NCBI GenBank assembly: GCA_030141605.1
Contig: JAQGDQ010000471.1
Coordinates: 111,297-175,296, forward strand
Source: Tubiluchus corallicola
Taxonomy: Eukaryota; Animalia; Priapulida
Direction: 5' to 3'
DNA length: 64,000 nucleotides
Position numbers and translations under genes: made by a program. The notes beneath the pieces were generated by a model. That model was not told the DNA's origin and did no database searches. It saw only the letters and a list, made by a program, of their open reading frames with translations. Positions 50,375-64,000 of the stretch are shown here, piece after piece. Within the stretch, counting starts at the first letter, position 1. Each line of letters begins with the position of its first letter.

Positions 50375-50856
50375 TGACAACAAACAGAAAAGACAAAGAC
50401 AAAAAACAGAAAAGACATAGGAAACAAACATAAAGGACAAAGACAACAAACAGAAAAGACAAAGACAACAAACATAAAGGACAAAGACAAAAAAAAGAAA
50501 GACAAAGACAACAAACAGAATGGAAAAAGACAACAAATAGAAATGGCAAAGAAAAAAGAACAAAGACAAAAACAGAAAAGACAGACAACAAACAGAAAAG
50601 ACAAAGACAACAAACATCAAGGACATAGACAAGAAAACAGAAAGACAAAGACAACAAACAGAAGGGAAAAGACAACAAATGGAAATGACAAAGACAAAAA
50701 AGGACAAAGACAAAAAAACAGAACGACAAAGACATCAAACAGAAAAGACAAAAAAAACAGAAAAGACAAACACAACAAACGGAATCTCAAAAGACAACAA
50801 ACAGAAATGACAAAGACAAAAAACAGAAAGGCAAAGGCAACAAACAGAAAAGACAA
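50375..50856. repeat. AC-rich degenerate minisatellite (gacaaagacaacaaacagaaaa)
   Basis: Seen directly. Confidence 0.85.
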
Positions 50857-51607
50857 TGCCATCATTTAATACCATCATTGACTTCACCTGAGAGCCTTTT
50901 ATACAGTTTTTTTATAGATTTTTTAGCTAATCACTTAGTATACGATTTCAGCCGTTTGCACAATTGAATGTGGCGAAAACACCTCTGCCTATTCGGAGCC
51001 TCCTCTTAGAGGTTTTCTGGTAGATTCCGGGCCAGCCACACCCTGGCATTTGAGAAATGAATTGTGGTTTCCAACACTCTGATTTGTATGAAAAAAACTT
51101 CTATTGACAAACATGTACAAGACTATGAAAAAATGGTGTGATCGGTTTACAACTGCACAGCTCCCTCTATTGGAAAATATGCAAGTGAATGTAGCGTTTT
51201 CTGGCGAAGAACATACGAACAATGGTTCACCCGTGCGAAAGCAATAACTGTCTTGATCGTTTTCGTTCAATTAACTGCAAGATAAATTTGTCAGAAAAAC
51301 AATTTCAAGACAATTAATTGAAGAACGACAAGCCCTATTAGCTTCTTTTTCTAATTCGTTTTTATCTTAATTGAATTCGGAATTTTCTAGACTTTCAGTC
51401 GCAGAAGAAAATCAGTCGCAATGAAATTATTTCTACGAAAGCCCATGCGTTTCCACAAATTATTTCTACGAAAGCCTATGCGCATCCGCAAATTATTTCT
51501 ACGAAAGCCCACTCGTTTCTACAAATTATTTCTGCCTTTTTAGTGGTAAAGTCAAAAGTCGAATTCATAGTGTCGAGTTTTCCATTATGTGGGATATGAT
51601 TACTTGT

Positions 51608-52203
<596 letters not shown>

Positions 52204-52384
52204 ATCTTTATTTCAAATAATTATAAATAATAATAATACAACCCTTTATTTGCAGGGAAAAATTGTCACTCGATTAACTAAATAAATATTAATGTCGTAC
52301 AAATAGGGGTGGCTGATAGGTGACCTCTTGTTCTTTCGCCACCCAGTCTCAATGCAGTGTTTATCATCTTAAAGAAACATTGTA

Positions 52385-52604
52385 TATTCCGAATAGTAAT
52401 AACTTTAACAGACCATTATTTCCTAAGGCAGTTATATTAAGGAATTCAGGCAGTAGTATTTCATTTAATTTATCAAACATAACAACCCTAGTTAGTTGAT
52501 ACAATGGGCAGTGCAACAAAAAGTGTTCAACAGACTCAAATCGAAATCCACAGTTACAATTCGGCAATATTGGATGACCGTTATTATCTTTACAGCCTTT
52601 AGAG
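52385..52604 (-). mobile_element. LINE 3' fragment (CCHC region), same family as 58269-58953
   Basis: PNCNCGFRFESVEHFLLHCPLY... Confidence 0.8.
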
Positions 52605-53085
52605 CGTCTACAGCCATGGTTAACTTGAATCTACCATGAAAGATACCTTGAAAATACCTACTTGATGGTAAAATACCAGCCGGATGTATTCTGGGAAATG
52701 CGATTTTGATACATTTAATGGCTATTCAGGCTGTGACAATGTTGAATTAATATTCAGGGCCACGTTTTAGCAATTAATTTGAAGGAGAGATGATGAAAAT
52801 TTTGAGATTTGTGGTCGAACTCTTCGAGGCATTTTGAGTATTGTAGCTTAGTTACTTTCACTGTGTGAATTTTTTAAATAACCGCGTTTTTATTATTATC
52901 AAAGAGACAAAAAAACTCAATTTTTGGCCACAGTAACCGCTGATAAAGAAGCATCAAGAAGAAGAAGAAATGGTATACAAGTGGTGTAACTTTGCAGATG
53001 AAATATATGGAAATACGTAATATACAATGAAATACATACATTAGTAGAATGTTACGTACTAATAAGATAAAGGCGTGAAAAGTCC

Positions 53086-53132
53086 ACTCTCTTTCTCTCT
53101 CTCTTCCTCCCATCTATCTCTCTCCCTCTCGC

Positions 53133-53170
<38 letters not shown>

Positions 53171-53393
53171 CTCTCTTCTCTCTTTCTTTCTTTCTTTCTT
53201 CTCCTGTCTTCTCTCTTTCTTTCTCTGTCTTTCTCTTCCTTTCTCTCTCTCTCTCTTTCTCTCTCTTCCCATCTCTCTCTCTCTCTCTTTCTCTGTCTCT
53301 CTCTCTCTCTTTATCTCTCTCTCTCCCCCTCTCGCTTCCTCTCTCTCTCTCCTCTCTCTTTCTTTCTTTCTACTCCTGTCTTCTCTCTCCCCA

Positions 53394-53434
<41 letters not shown>

Positions 53435-53476
53435 TTCTACTCCTGTCTTCTCTCTCTCTCTCTCGCTCTCCGCCTC

Positions 53477-53516
<40 letters not shown>

Positions 53517-53617
53517 ATTTCCCATCTCTCTCTCTCTGTTTTTCTCTCTCTCCCTCTTGCTTCCTCTCTCTCTCATCTCTCTCTTTCTCTCTCTCTTCTC
53601 TCTCTCATCTCTCTCTT

Positions 53618-53683
<66 letters not shown>
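53086..53683. repeat. Imperfect (CT)n tract
   Basis: Seen directly. Confidence 0.95.
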
Positions 53684-53685
<2 letters not shown>

Positions 53686-54159
53686 CAGCACAATTTAATC
53701 CTAATCATGGCTATTCTTCAAACGACACTTCTCTGCTTTCCAGCTGAGCAAAACGACTCCCCGCCGCCGGCAAAATATCCCCTTTCCATACGACGGAAAT
53801 TCTTATAATTTTATTTCATGATCTCCGCTGCGTTGCAAGCGAATACCCCACGAGAATAAGTGCCCATTCACAACTTGATGTAAATTTAAAATGATGGTTG
53901 GGCAACTTCACGATTCCGAGTAATGCTTAGTATGTATAGAAGAGGCGTCAAGGGAAGCTGAGTGACTTTAGTCGCCTCATTTTTATGAGGAAATTGAGCC
54001 GTATATGTGAGAGATATTGTTGCTCGGGGATCATGAGAAGTCGGTTATGATGGCGAAAGATTGTCCAGAAATTTCTGAAACCTTGATAAAAGTCATAAAT
54101 ATAACGAAAATATTTTGAATTTTTGGACTTTTGAATTAAACACCTGTTATTAAGCAATC

Positions 54160-54568
54160 ATACTTTTGCATAACTAATAATATGATGTACATTGATAATT
54201 GTTTCTGGTATGGCTTCTGTACTCTGTGAACTTTGTATATTTCAATTTTAAGTGTTAACTAATGAATTACTTGTGTTTTTGAACTATCTATCTATATTAT
54301 ATTACAATAATATATTATAATAATACTTTTGTATAACTAATAGGATGATGTACATTGATAATTGTTTTTGGTATCGCTTCTGTACTCTGTGAGATTTGTA
54401 TATTTCAATTTTAAGTGTTAACTAATGAATTACTTGTGTTTTTGAACTAACTATCTATATTATATTACAAGAATATATTATAATAATACCTTTGTATAAC
54501 TAATAGGATGATGTACATTGATAATTGTTTCTGGTATCACATCTGTACTCTGTGAACTTAGTATATTT
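54160..54568. repeat. 163-bp tandem repeat, ~2.5 copies
   Basis: Unit starts near 54160, 54323 and 54486; the third copy is cut by the MITE fragment. Confidence 0.85.
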
Positions 54569-55085
54569 AACAGCAACAGCATAATTTGAGGTTATGCTGA
54601 CCACCATAGGATACATTATACCTCTGCTTAAAGACATGTGACTTACTAGTAATACGAAATTTAAATTCACTTAGTTACGTTCCCTTATCTATGCTGGAAT
54701 AACTGTAGACAACCGACCTTGCTAGGTTGCTAGCACGTGTGGGGCAAAAATCATTGTTATTTTGAATTTATTGTCTACTACTTTCTTCTTTTAGGCGGAG
54801 TAATTTGAGTAACTGACATTTTGTTTTATCAGATACATCGCCCGTATAATGTATAGACAAGCGAAGTAAACTTTCGACAATTTTAAAAAATCGACATATT
54901 GCATTTTCACTTTTATTTCGTGGTGAGACAATGCGTCAAAAATAAATAACTGAAAGTATTTTGTGCATAAAACATATTTAGAAAAAGTCACAGAAAAGGT
55001 TTACTGGGATGCATATGGTAAAAGGGTAAAATGCAAAAAACCAGTCTGGGGGTAATTTTTTACCCCCCTGGTGACCCTATAAGGG
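54569..55085 (+). mobile_element. piggyBac-like MITE, copy 2 (left end missing)
   Basis: Matches about 56330-56833; ends ggtgaccctataaggg|ttta. Confidence 0.8.
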
Positions 55086-55746
55086 TTTATAGTCTAAATA
55101 TGTTTCATTCAGAGTAGTAAGTTATTTTATCTGTTAGCTGCTTAACTCCTAATCTTATTAATCATCCATTTTCCTAGGCGTCTCTTTTAATAAATTTTAG
55201 CCTACAGTGTTTTAAAAGGAGTTTTCAATTCCCCACACAATTCAAACACCCTATCCCTAATCCTAACCCTAATCCTAATCCTAATCCACTTCACGTACTA
55301 ATTTGTTGTGTCTAGAATTGTAAACTTTTGTCATTGATTTTAATTAAACAATGTATTATTTTGCATTGATGTCGGAAAATAGTCTTTACAGTCTGATGCT
55401 ACAAACAGAATATTGAAATATTAATAACCTAAGCTGTATTTGACACTGTACAAAGAACTATCTCTTTGCTTACGGTAACTTTTTGCCCTTTGACTCATTG
55501 AATTCGTCTCATATTAGTTTATTAGAAATTTGGCACGTATGTCATCAACTTGCCAGCGTTTATTCCACGACTTTTCGACGTCTGGAACTTCTATTTTGTA
55601 AAATAATTGATTTACCCGCAAATGCATATAAAGATTCGTTTGATAACTACGCGATGGCGCCACGAAGCAGTGTGCGCTTTGTCCAAGCTGCGTGCGTCCA
55701 ACTCCGGTTATAGTGACAAAATTGTCTGCAGTGGTTTAAATCTCCA

Positions 55747-55760
55747 ACGCTAGATGGCAG
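55747..55760 (+). promoter_or_regulatory. CTCF-like motif
   Basis: aCGCTAGATGGCAG versus core CC(A/G)C(T/C)AG(A/G)(T/G)GGC(A/G). Confidence 0.35.
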
Positions 55761-56220
55761 GTCGTTGCAAGAATTTATCTAGAGACTTATCTAGCACAGT
55801 GAATGTCTAGTCTTAAGTGTTTGATAATTTCACATGTGCAACCTTGTAAGTGTGAAATATTTAAAACTGTAAGCATTTTATATAGTATACGATTTATTTC
55901 GAATTATTGCTATACAACAGAAGGCATTTGAAAACAAAGTAATTTGAAGACATTTTGATGGTCCTCACACTATGGAATAGAAATTAGAAACGAAAGTACT
56001 TAGTACCGGTAATATAAAATGCTCGCCCCAACTGGCAAAACTTCAGTGGCTCACCTTCCCAGTGTGCACTATTGGCTAACCAGAAAACCAATATTTAATT
56101 CTGTTGACCAGATACAGTAATTAACACATTTGGTCAGTTTGTGAAGCTAATGATAGCTCTGTCCTCATTAGGGCAAATATATAGATGATCCAAAATTCCA
56201 AGACGATCTTTTTACATTAA

Positions 56221-56833
56221 CCCTTATAGGGTCACGATTTTTACAACCGGTTATGGTAACCGGTGGGTAAAAAATTACCCCCACCATAATTCGTAAATTA
56301 CTTTTGATAAACCGCCGTGTTTCATTAGTAAACAGCAACAGCGTAATTTGTGGTTATGCTGAACAACATAGGATACATTATACCTCTGCTTAAAGACATG
56401 TGACTTACTAGTAATACGAAATTTAAATTCACTTAGTTACGTTCCCTTATCTATGCAGGAATAACTGTAGACAACCGACATTGCTAGCGCGTGTGCAAAA
56501 ATCATTGTTATTTTGAATTTATTGTCTACTACTTTATTCTTTTAGGTGGAGTAATTTGAGTAACTGACATTTTGTTTTATCAGATACATCGCATGTAATA
56601 AGGTATAGACAAGCGAAGTAAAGTTTGGACAATTTTAAAAAATCGACATATTGCATTTTCACTTTTATTTCGTAGTGAGACAATGCGCCTAAAATAAATA
56701 ACTGAAAGTATTTTGTGCACAAAACATATTCAGAAAGTCATAGAAAAGGTTTACTGGGATGCGTATAGTAAAAGGGTAAAATGCAAAAAACCGGTCTGGG
56801 GTAATTTTTTACCCCCCGGTGACCCTATAAGGG
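56221..56833 (+). mobile_element. piggyBac-like MITE, copy 3 (complete, 613 bp)
   Basis: TTAA|CCCTTATAGGGTCAC ... GTGACCCTATAAGGG|TTAA: perfect 15-bp TIR with TTAA TSD. Confidence 0.9.
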
Positions 56834-56993
56834 TTAAGTTTTATTCATGAAGAGCGTTTTCTTGTGCATTAATTTTTTTTCGGGAGTTACTTTGATTATG
56901 GGTAACAAAGAAGTGGGAAAAAAGTAAACGCTGAAAGCTATTGAAGTAGTTTGTGCTCCTGTTATTAAGCACTGTTAAGATCAAGCATTGTCT

Positions 56994-57718
56994 CAACTCT
57001 TAACTCTTGTTTCCTCAGGACTTACTCTTTGCGCAACTCTTTTAATCTAGTTTTCTCATGGCTTGTTCTTTGTGTAACTCTTAGCTCTTGTTTCCTCAGG
57101 ACTTACTCTTTGCGTAACTATTTTAATCTATTTTTCTCATGGCTTGTTCTTTGTGTGACTCTTAGCTCTTGTTTCCTCAGGACTTACTCTTTGCGCAACT
57201 CTTTTAATCTAGTTTTCTCAGAGCTTGTTCTTTGTGTTATTCTTAGCTCTTGTTTTCGCAGGAGTTTCTCTTTGCGTAACTCTTTTTCAATCGTTCTCTC
57301 AGGGCTTGTTCTTTGTGTAATCTTAACTCTTGTTTTCTTAGGACTTATTCTATGCGTAACTCTTTTTTCAATAGTTTTCCCAGGGCTTGCTCTTTGTGTA
57401 ACTCTACTCTTGCTGTCTCGGGACTTACTCTTTGCGTAACTCTGTTAAATATTGTCTTCTCGGGACTTTCTCTTCATAATTCTTAACTCTTGTTTTCTCA
57501 GGACTTACTCTTTGTGAAACTCTCCTAACCCTTGTTTTCTTAGCACTTACTTTTTGCGTAACTTTTTCTCCAGTTTTCTAAGGGCTTATTTTTTGTGTAA
57601 CTCTTAACTCTTGTTTTCTCAGGCCTTGCTCTTTACGTAACACTTAACTCTTGTTTTCTCCGGACTTGCTCTTCGTGTAACTCTCTTAACTCTTGTTTTC
57701 TCGGAGTTTCCTCTTTGC
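56994..57718. repeat. Degenerate tandem repeat (taactcttgttttctcaggacttactctttgcg-like)
   Basis: Seen directly; 81-bp higher-order period at the left end. Confidence 0.85.
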
Positions 57719-58268
57719 CTAGGCGTAACGTTACGCTAATGTTCACACCTTTTCCCAATCCTTTAGAATCTTCACGTAATTGATCCGCCATTGTTCTACT
57801 AATCCCATGTAAGAACCTGCTTAGCTGATCCCTTTCTTATTAAAGGGGATAAAGCTAATCCATAGTTCTGTGTACTATTGTCTGTTGTCTGTTGTACTAC
57901 ACGGCTTAGCCTGGTTGTAGTCCTTGTTTGATCTGACAGAAATACCGAAATTAGAATATGAGATTTTAATTTACGTCATAATTTCTTGATATTTTAGTGT
58001 TTTAAACTTTCGAGAATTTTAAAAAATCGACATATTACATTTTCACTTTTAATTGCGTTTTCTCAAAATTTTCGACGAACAATGAAAAACTTTTAAATTT
58101 CATCTGTCTCAGTAACTACTTATAGTAGTCAGTAAGCCTGTAAACAATGCTCAGAGTGCTTATAGTTTGAACAATTTTTGTTCAAAATAGCTCAAGGAAT
58201 TGCAGTGTAATGGCGACTTACGCAAAGCAAAACTGGAACATAGTATACTTAAACTATAATGTAGAATA

Positions 58269-58953
58269 TCCATTTCCTCCAATATCAGTGCATCATACGC
58301 GCATGAGAATCGGATTTTCTCGGCTAAACCATGACCATTTCTCTAAAGACTGTAAAGATAATAACGGTCATCCAATATTGCCGAATTGTAACTGTGGATT
58401 TCGATTTGAGTTTGTTGAACACTTTTTGTTGCACTGCCCAATGTATCAACAAACTAGGGTTGTTATGTTTGATAAGCTAAATGAAATACTTCTGCCCGAA
58501 AACCTTAATATAGCTGCTTTAGGAACTAATGATCTGTTGAAGTCGTTATTATTCGGAAAAGATGAATTTAACTATGTTGCTAACTGTAAAATATTCCAAT
58601 GCACACATGACTTTATATTACGTACTAAACGTTTCCAGTAGTTTCTATCAGATATGAAATGCATCTGTCTTAAATATTCGTACATTAATAATTTCTAACC
58701 GTCATTTTCTACTAATGTCTAATGTAATCTTGTAGTAAAACTTGTCAGCTTATGTAGTTATAGTCTATTCTTACTGTAAATGTTACTAATGTCTAATGTA
58801 ATCTTGTAGTAAAACTTGTCAGCTTGTGTAGTTATAGTCTATTCTTACTGTAAATGTTTTTGTAAATACTGTATAAAGTCTGTTGTGGTGAGGATCCTAA
58901 ATCATGTTGTTCAAACTGTCTGATCAAATCCTATAATAAATTATGTTTAAACT
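58269..58953 (+). mobile_element. 5'-truncated LINE (CR1/L2-group-like) with 17-bp TSD
   Basis: ORF end HTRMRIGFSRLN...CNCGFRFEFVEHFLLHCP...DFILRTKRFQ*; 3' UTR with an internal ~75-bp duplication and AATAAA; TSD aactataatgtagaata at 58252-58268 and 58954-58970. Confidence 0.85.
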
Positions 58954-59121
58954 AACTATAATGTAGAATAGAGAATTGTTTTACCAAAATACAGTAATTA
59001 GACTTGTTCAAGTTTCTACGCTGTAAATATGGCCATTTCCATGCAGCTTAAAATTATGGGGTTAAAATAGCACATGTGTTAGGAAATAAAGCAACAGTGG
59101 GGATTAGAATGGCGAACTTTT

Positions 59122-59135
59122 TCGCCCTCTGGCGG
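59122..59135 (-). promoter_or_regulatory. CTCF-like motif
   Basis: Reverse complement CCGCCAGAGGGCGA. Confidence 0.45.
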
Positions 59136-59210
59136 CAAATAACTCTCAACAATCGGCGGAATTTCAAGTGGCCTGCAGACAGTCATTGCAATAATTGATA
59201 ATTGTATGCT

Positions 59211-59411
59211 TTAAGTGGACAGGGGTGGACACTGTCCAGTTCCCATACCTAGGGGAGTCAGCAGTTGTGCACTTGTCCATTCCCCCGACTTTGTCACTCC
59301 GTTGTCGCCATTGTTCTCAACCGGTTTCGATTGCGCCGCCAACTGCCCTTTAATTTTCTTTCTCCGCCTATAGTATTCTTCGGAAATGCCTCTACGCATT
59401 GATGAAGTATA
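59211..59411 (-). CDS. Candidate orphan coding exon, product unknown
   Basis: Strong polypyrimidine acceptor ending ttttccctatag|TAT; open in phase 0: YTSSMRRGISEEYYRRRKKIKGQLAAQ...PPLST*; GC-richer than the flanks. Confidence 0.4.
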   Translation of the reverse strand, partial: YTSSMRRGISEEYYRRRKKIKGQLAAQSKPVENNGDNGVTKSGEWTSAQLLTPLGMGTGQCPPLST

Positions 59412-59821
59412 CTATAGGGAAAAAGGGTTGAAAAAAGGCTAATACTATTACGTGTGCCGTGAAGGCAGGAATAATTGATTGTAATTACCTATTTTAGTGG
59501 CCGTGATTATATGCACTGGTCAAAGTGAGCGTGGAACTTCCGCGCTTTATCTAAATTGTACGGAAATGCGAGTGTGACAAAGGTAATTTAACTAGACCTG
59601 TGATTTTTAGACAGATTTCATTACCACAGTTGGTATTTTATAACAATAATTAGTATTACCATTTTTTAAATTGCTGTTGTGGACTTGTGGTGGAAAAAAT
59701 ACATTTGTTGATCTGCTTTAAACAAATAAATACTATATATATATATATATGTATGTATTTGTATGTATGAATGTATGTATGTATGAATTCAGATGTTCGC
59801 AAACGTGTTTATATATATATA

Positions 59822-60188
<367 letters not shown>

Positions 60189-60683
60189 CCCGGTTTTACA
60201 GCTTCCTGTTACAATCCCAGGTCATACGCTGCATAACAAACAGCCATTTCTGCCTGGAAAGACATAATAATTACCTGCTAACTTTGATACCTCGGTGTTA
60301 CATCACCGAAATCAGCTGCACACCTGGCAACAGCGGGAACATTCGTTGATTACTTCCAGGCGAACCTCCCCTTAACATTCCCCCTCTCTCGTTTGCACGC
60401 TCATTTCATTCCAATCATAAAGAAAGAGTTACACTGGCGGGTTCCCCCCTGGGTGTCCCCTGCGTGTGCCTATATATCACTTACAGAAAGATGCTAATCC
60501 TCCGATTGATGCTGTTGCTGATGCTGTTGCTTTGTCATTAGAATTCAGTTTAACAAACCCCCATCCATTGTCTGAGATAATGATGTTTGGGTATAAATAG
60601 TATCAGTAGCTGATACGACTTCTGACACTTATTCCGGTAAATTAAACACGACGGGGCGCCCCTGGTGTACACGGATTCTGCCA

Positions 60684-60697
60684 TCGCCCCCTGGTGG
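60684..60697 (-). promoter_or_regulatory. CTCF-like motif (strong)
   Basis: Reverse complement CCACCAGGGGGCGA, 13/14 match to CCACCAGGGGGCGC. Confidence 0.55.
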
Positions 60698-61554
60698 TGG
60701 CAGTGTTCGCAGCATCTCATTAGAGTTCATCACCAAGCAATGGTTGAGCATGCTAATTAAACGATTGCAGAGATGCTTTTTATTGCAAATGTTGATCCAG
60801 GGCTTTGGAATGACGTAAATGATAAATTAAAAACTGTTCAGCCGATTCAAAAATTTAAAAAGAAATACAGAGCAATGATTCTCAACAAGTACAACACTTC
60901 CTAATTTCCCACACCTACTGCAGCAGTCATACCACAACCCTGGTACAAGTTATGCAAAACAAGGCATCTTTGATAAATCTTTAGAGCTGATGTCAACATA
61001 GCATAATCTACTATCTTTCTTCCTACCATTTCCACTAACACATCCTTCTACCCTTCCTGTGTGATCTAACCTTTCTCCCAGTTCTTCTTTTGTTCACTCA
61101 TCCATTCTTTTTTATCGGGTTCACATGACAGTTGGCTTATACAAGCCTTTGCTTCTCTAGCCCACTGCAGTACAATTATTCTTTTACGATAACGATAGTG
61201 TATGAAACATAACAATTTAATACAGTATGACGTAATAATTTTGATGTCACTGTATGCTTAATGTCATTATATTGTAATGAACGTGATAATAATAATAATC
61301 TTAAAAAAAGTTTTGGACGTAGCGGCTTTACGTTAGAGAACAGGACGACGAAGCATGGGCGTTCAACATGTCGGGTTTTAATTCCTTAAATTATTTTATT
61401 TTGTTTTATTACTCAAATAATTCTCTAAATAATATTGGCACGAGTTCAGACAGTGAATGTGATTCTATATAATTACGTATATTTTTGTAAGAAGTGGTAA
61501 GTTTTTGCATGAAATGCCCCAGACAAGGACAGTGTGACCAGTGGATAAGAAGTT

Positions 61555-61804
61555 TAAGTACAAGTCCAAAGCACAAGTCAAAATATAAGTATAAGTCCAA
61601 AGTACAAGTGAAAATATAAGTACAAGTCAAAATATAAGCACAAGTCCAAAGTACAAGTCAAAATATAAGTTTAAGTCCATAGTACAAGTCAAAATATAAG
61701 TACAAGTCCAAAGTACAAGTCAAAATATAAGTACAAGTCCAAAGTACAAGTCAAAATATAAGAATAAGTCCAAAATACAATCAAAATATAGGTACAAGTC
61801 CAAA
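61555..61804. repeat. ~31-bp minisatellite (aagtacaagtccaaagtacaagtcaaaatat)
   Basis: Seen directly. Confidence 0.85.
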
Positions 61805-61877
61805 GAGATAGATCTTTTATGACTTATTAAATTAAATTACAATAGAATATCTGTTAACATTTTATTCGAGTGAATGA

Positions 61878-62212
61878 AGTTGTAATTATGAAGGAAACAA
61901 TTTTCTGGAAGTGAATTCCACATATAAGCGGTCAAAAGAACATACTGGTTAAAACATGCATCAACAGTAATTACATAGCTGGTTTGCTGCTTTATTTTAA
62001 ATAAGTTTTGCTGTTAAAGTGTTTTGAAATATTGTCTAAGGAAATGCGTGAGGTTGTAATTATGAAGGAAACAATTTTCTGGAAGTGAATTCCACATAGA
62101 AGCGGTCAAAAGAAAATACTGGCTAAAAACGTACACCAACAGTAATTACATTGCTGGTTTGTTGCTTTATTTTAAATAAGTTTTGCTATTGAGGTATTTT
62201 GAAATATTTTCT
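61878..62212 (-). repeat. ~175-bp tandem duplication containing a LINE 3'-end-like remnant
   Basis: gttgtaattatgaaggaaacaattttctggaagtgaattccacat occurs twice; minus strand reads MWNSLPEN. Confidence 0.65.
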
Positions 62213-63035
62213 AATGAATTTCGTGCTGCCAGGAGGACCGTTTGGTACTGTCAAGTGCTTTGCTAATATACTCAGAGATTGCTTATCTTTCGCTAACAGC
62301 TGGTGGTGTATGCTTAACAGCAGACTCGCATACATTATGATCTATGAACTTGCACAGGTGACCATAGATAACATAACATTTCCATTAGGAAAATGTTAAG
62401 ATAAGTACTGTGACGTTCCCTTTTAAGCTACCGTATTTAACCTCCTGGTTTGTTAATGCTAGTCATTTGCTGTATCAAGAGTTTTGTCACGTTACTGCTG
62501 TTGATGTCATCGTCGTCATTGTCGCTGATGACGCTGTTGCCATCGCTGCTGCTGTCAGTCCGTCGGCGACAATCGCCATAACTGCCGTCAGTTTCTTATA
62601 GTGTAAACCCAAGAATAATTGTTTGTTAGTTTATTACAAAACTGCAGTAAAGTACCTATTTAAAATGGATAACGCTCTAAAATATTGGAAAAATGCCAAA
62701 AACTGCAATCGTTTCCAGTTATAACTGTCTCTATTCTTTGCCCTAAACTGCCAAACAATTAAGATGCTGTTTACCGTAATTTCTATCTGTGTTTTGGTTA
62801 ATTAATAGGAACCGAATAATCTGCGTGGTTACAGGACCATGGCGACTTGCATTGCGAAAGCATTTATAAGCATTTTCACGCAAAGGGTTTGTGGTGTGTT
62901 AGTCTTACCAAAGCACTTTTAAATTTGTCTCTTATTCACTATTTCACTTAATGATAACTAATTTAATTGTCCTTTTAGAGGATAATTTGTTTCTGATAAT
63001 TAATGCAGGATTGCAGAGTAACACAGATGGGTTTC

Positions 63036-63048
63036 GTTGCCTAGCAAC
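63036..63048. promoter_or_regulatory. RFX X-box
   Basis: GTTGCCTAGCAAC, canonical RFX site; a weaker one (GGACCATGGCGAC) at about 62834-62846. Confidence 0.55.
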
Positions 63049-63146
63049 CGTAGTGGCTAGATTCTGCAAATTCTCGGCATATTTTCTCTGATGGAAACTA
63101 GTGTCTCTTTTTCCAATGGACGTCCTTCTCTGTTGATTGTGGTCAT

Positions 63147-63977
<831 letters not shown>

Positions 63978-64000
63978 CTTGCGTGCAGTATACCTGTACA

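Noticed and set aside
50288-50869. Hydrophobic multi-TM-looking ORFs (also 57029-57439)
   Set aside because: Translations of low-complexity minisatellites

Overview
AT-rich, repeat-rich animal (probably bilaterian invertebrate) genomic DNA with spliced genes; not prokaryotic, and no CRISPR, rRNA or bona fide tRNA was seen. Reading splice sites by hand gives five gene models, mostly invisible or fragmented in the ORF track. (1) An uninterrupted, divergent cadherin-domain type-I membrane protein ORF (minus, 2196 to <1). (2) A 2-exon secreted atypical C-type lectin-domain protein (plus, 7880-9152). (3) A 4-exon LRR type-I receptor of 607 aa with a PPxY tail (minus, 22908-16370). (4) A 2-exon Fer2-type (PTF1a/Fer family) bHLH factor (minus, 30978-27456). 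(5) A 5'-incomplete receptor of >=1616 aa with at least four tandem LRR cassettes + FN3 + TM, built largely from phase-1/phase-1 exons (minus, 45210-35734). Mobile DNA includes a 4x tandem array of a hAT (Charlie/Buster-type) element with filled and empty sites side by side, a truncated Ty3/Gypsy gag-protease, three piggyBac-like MITEs, LINE fragments (one with a 17-bp TSD), tRNA-derived SINE heads and many micro/minisatellites. CTCF-like and RFX X-box motifs cluster at the right end. The best candidate for something new is the modular multi-cassette LRR-FN3 receptor within a cluster of cell-surface recognition genes; novelty cannot be established without database searches.
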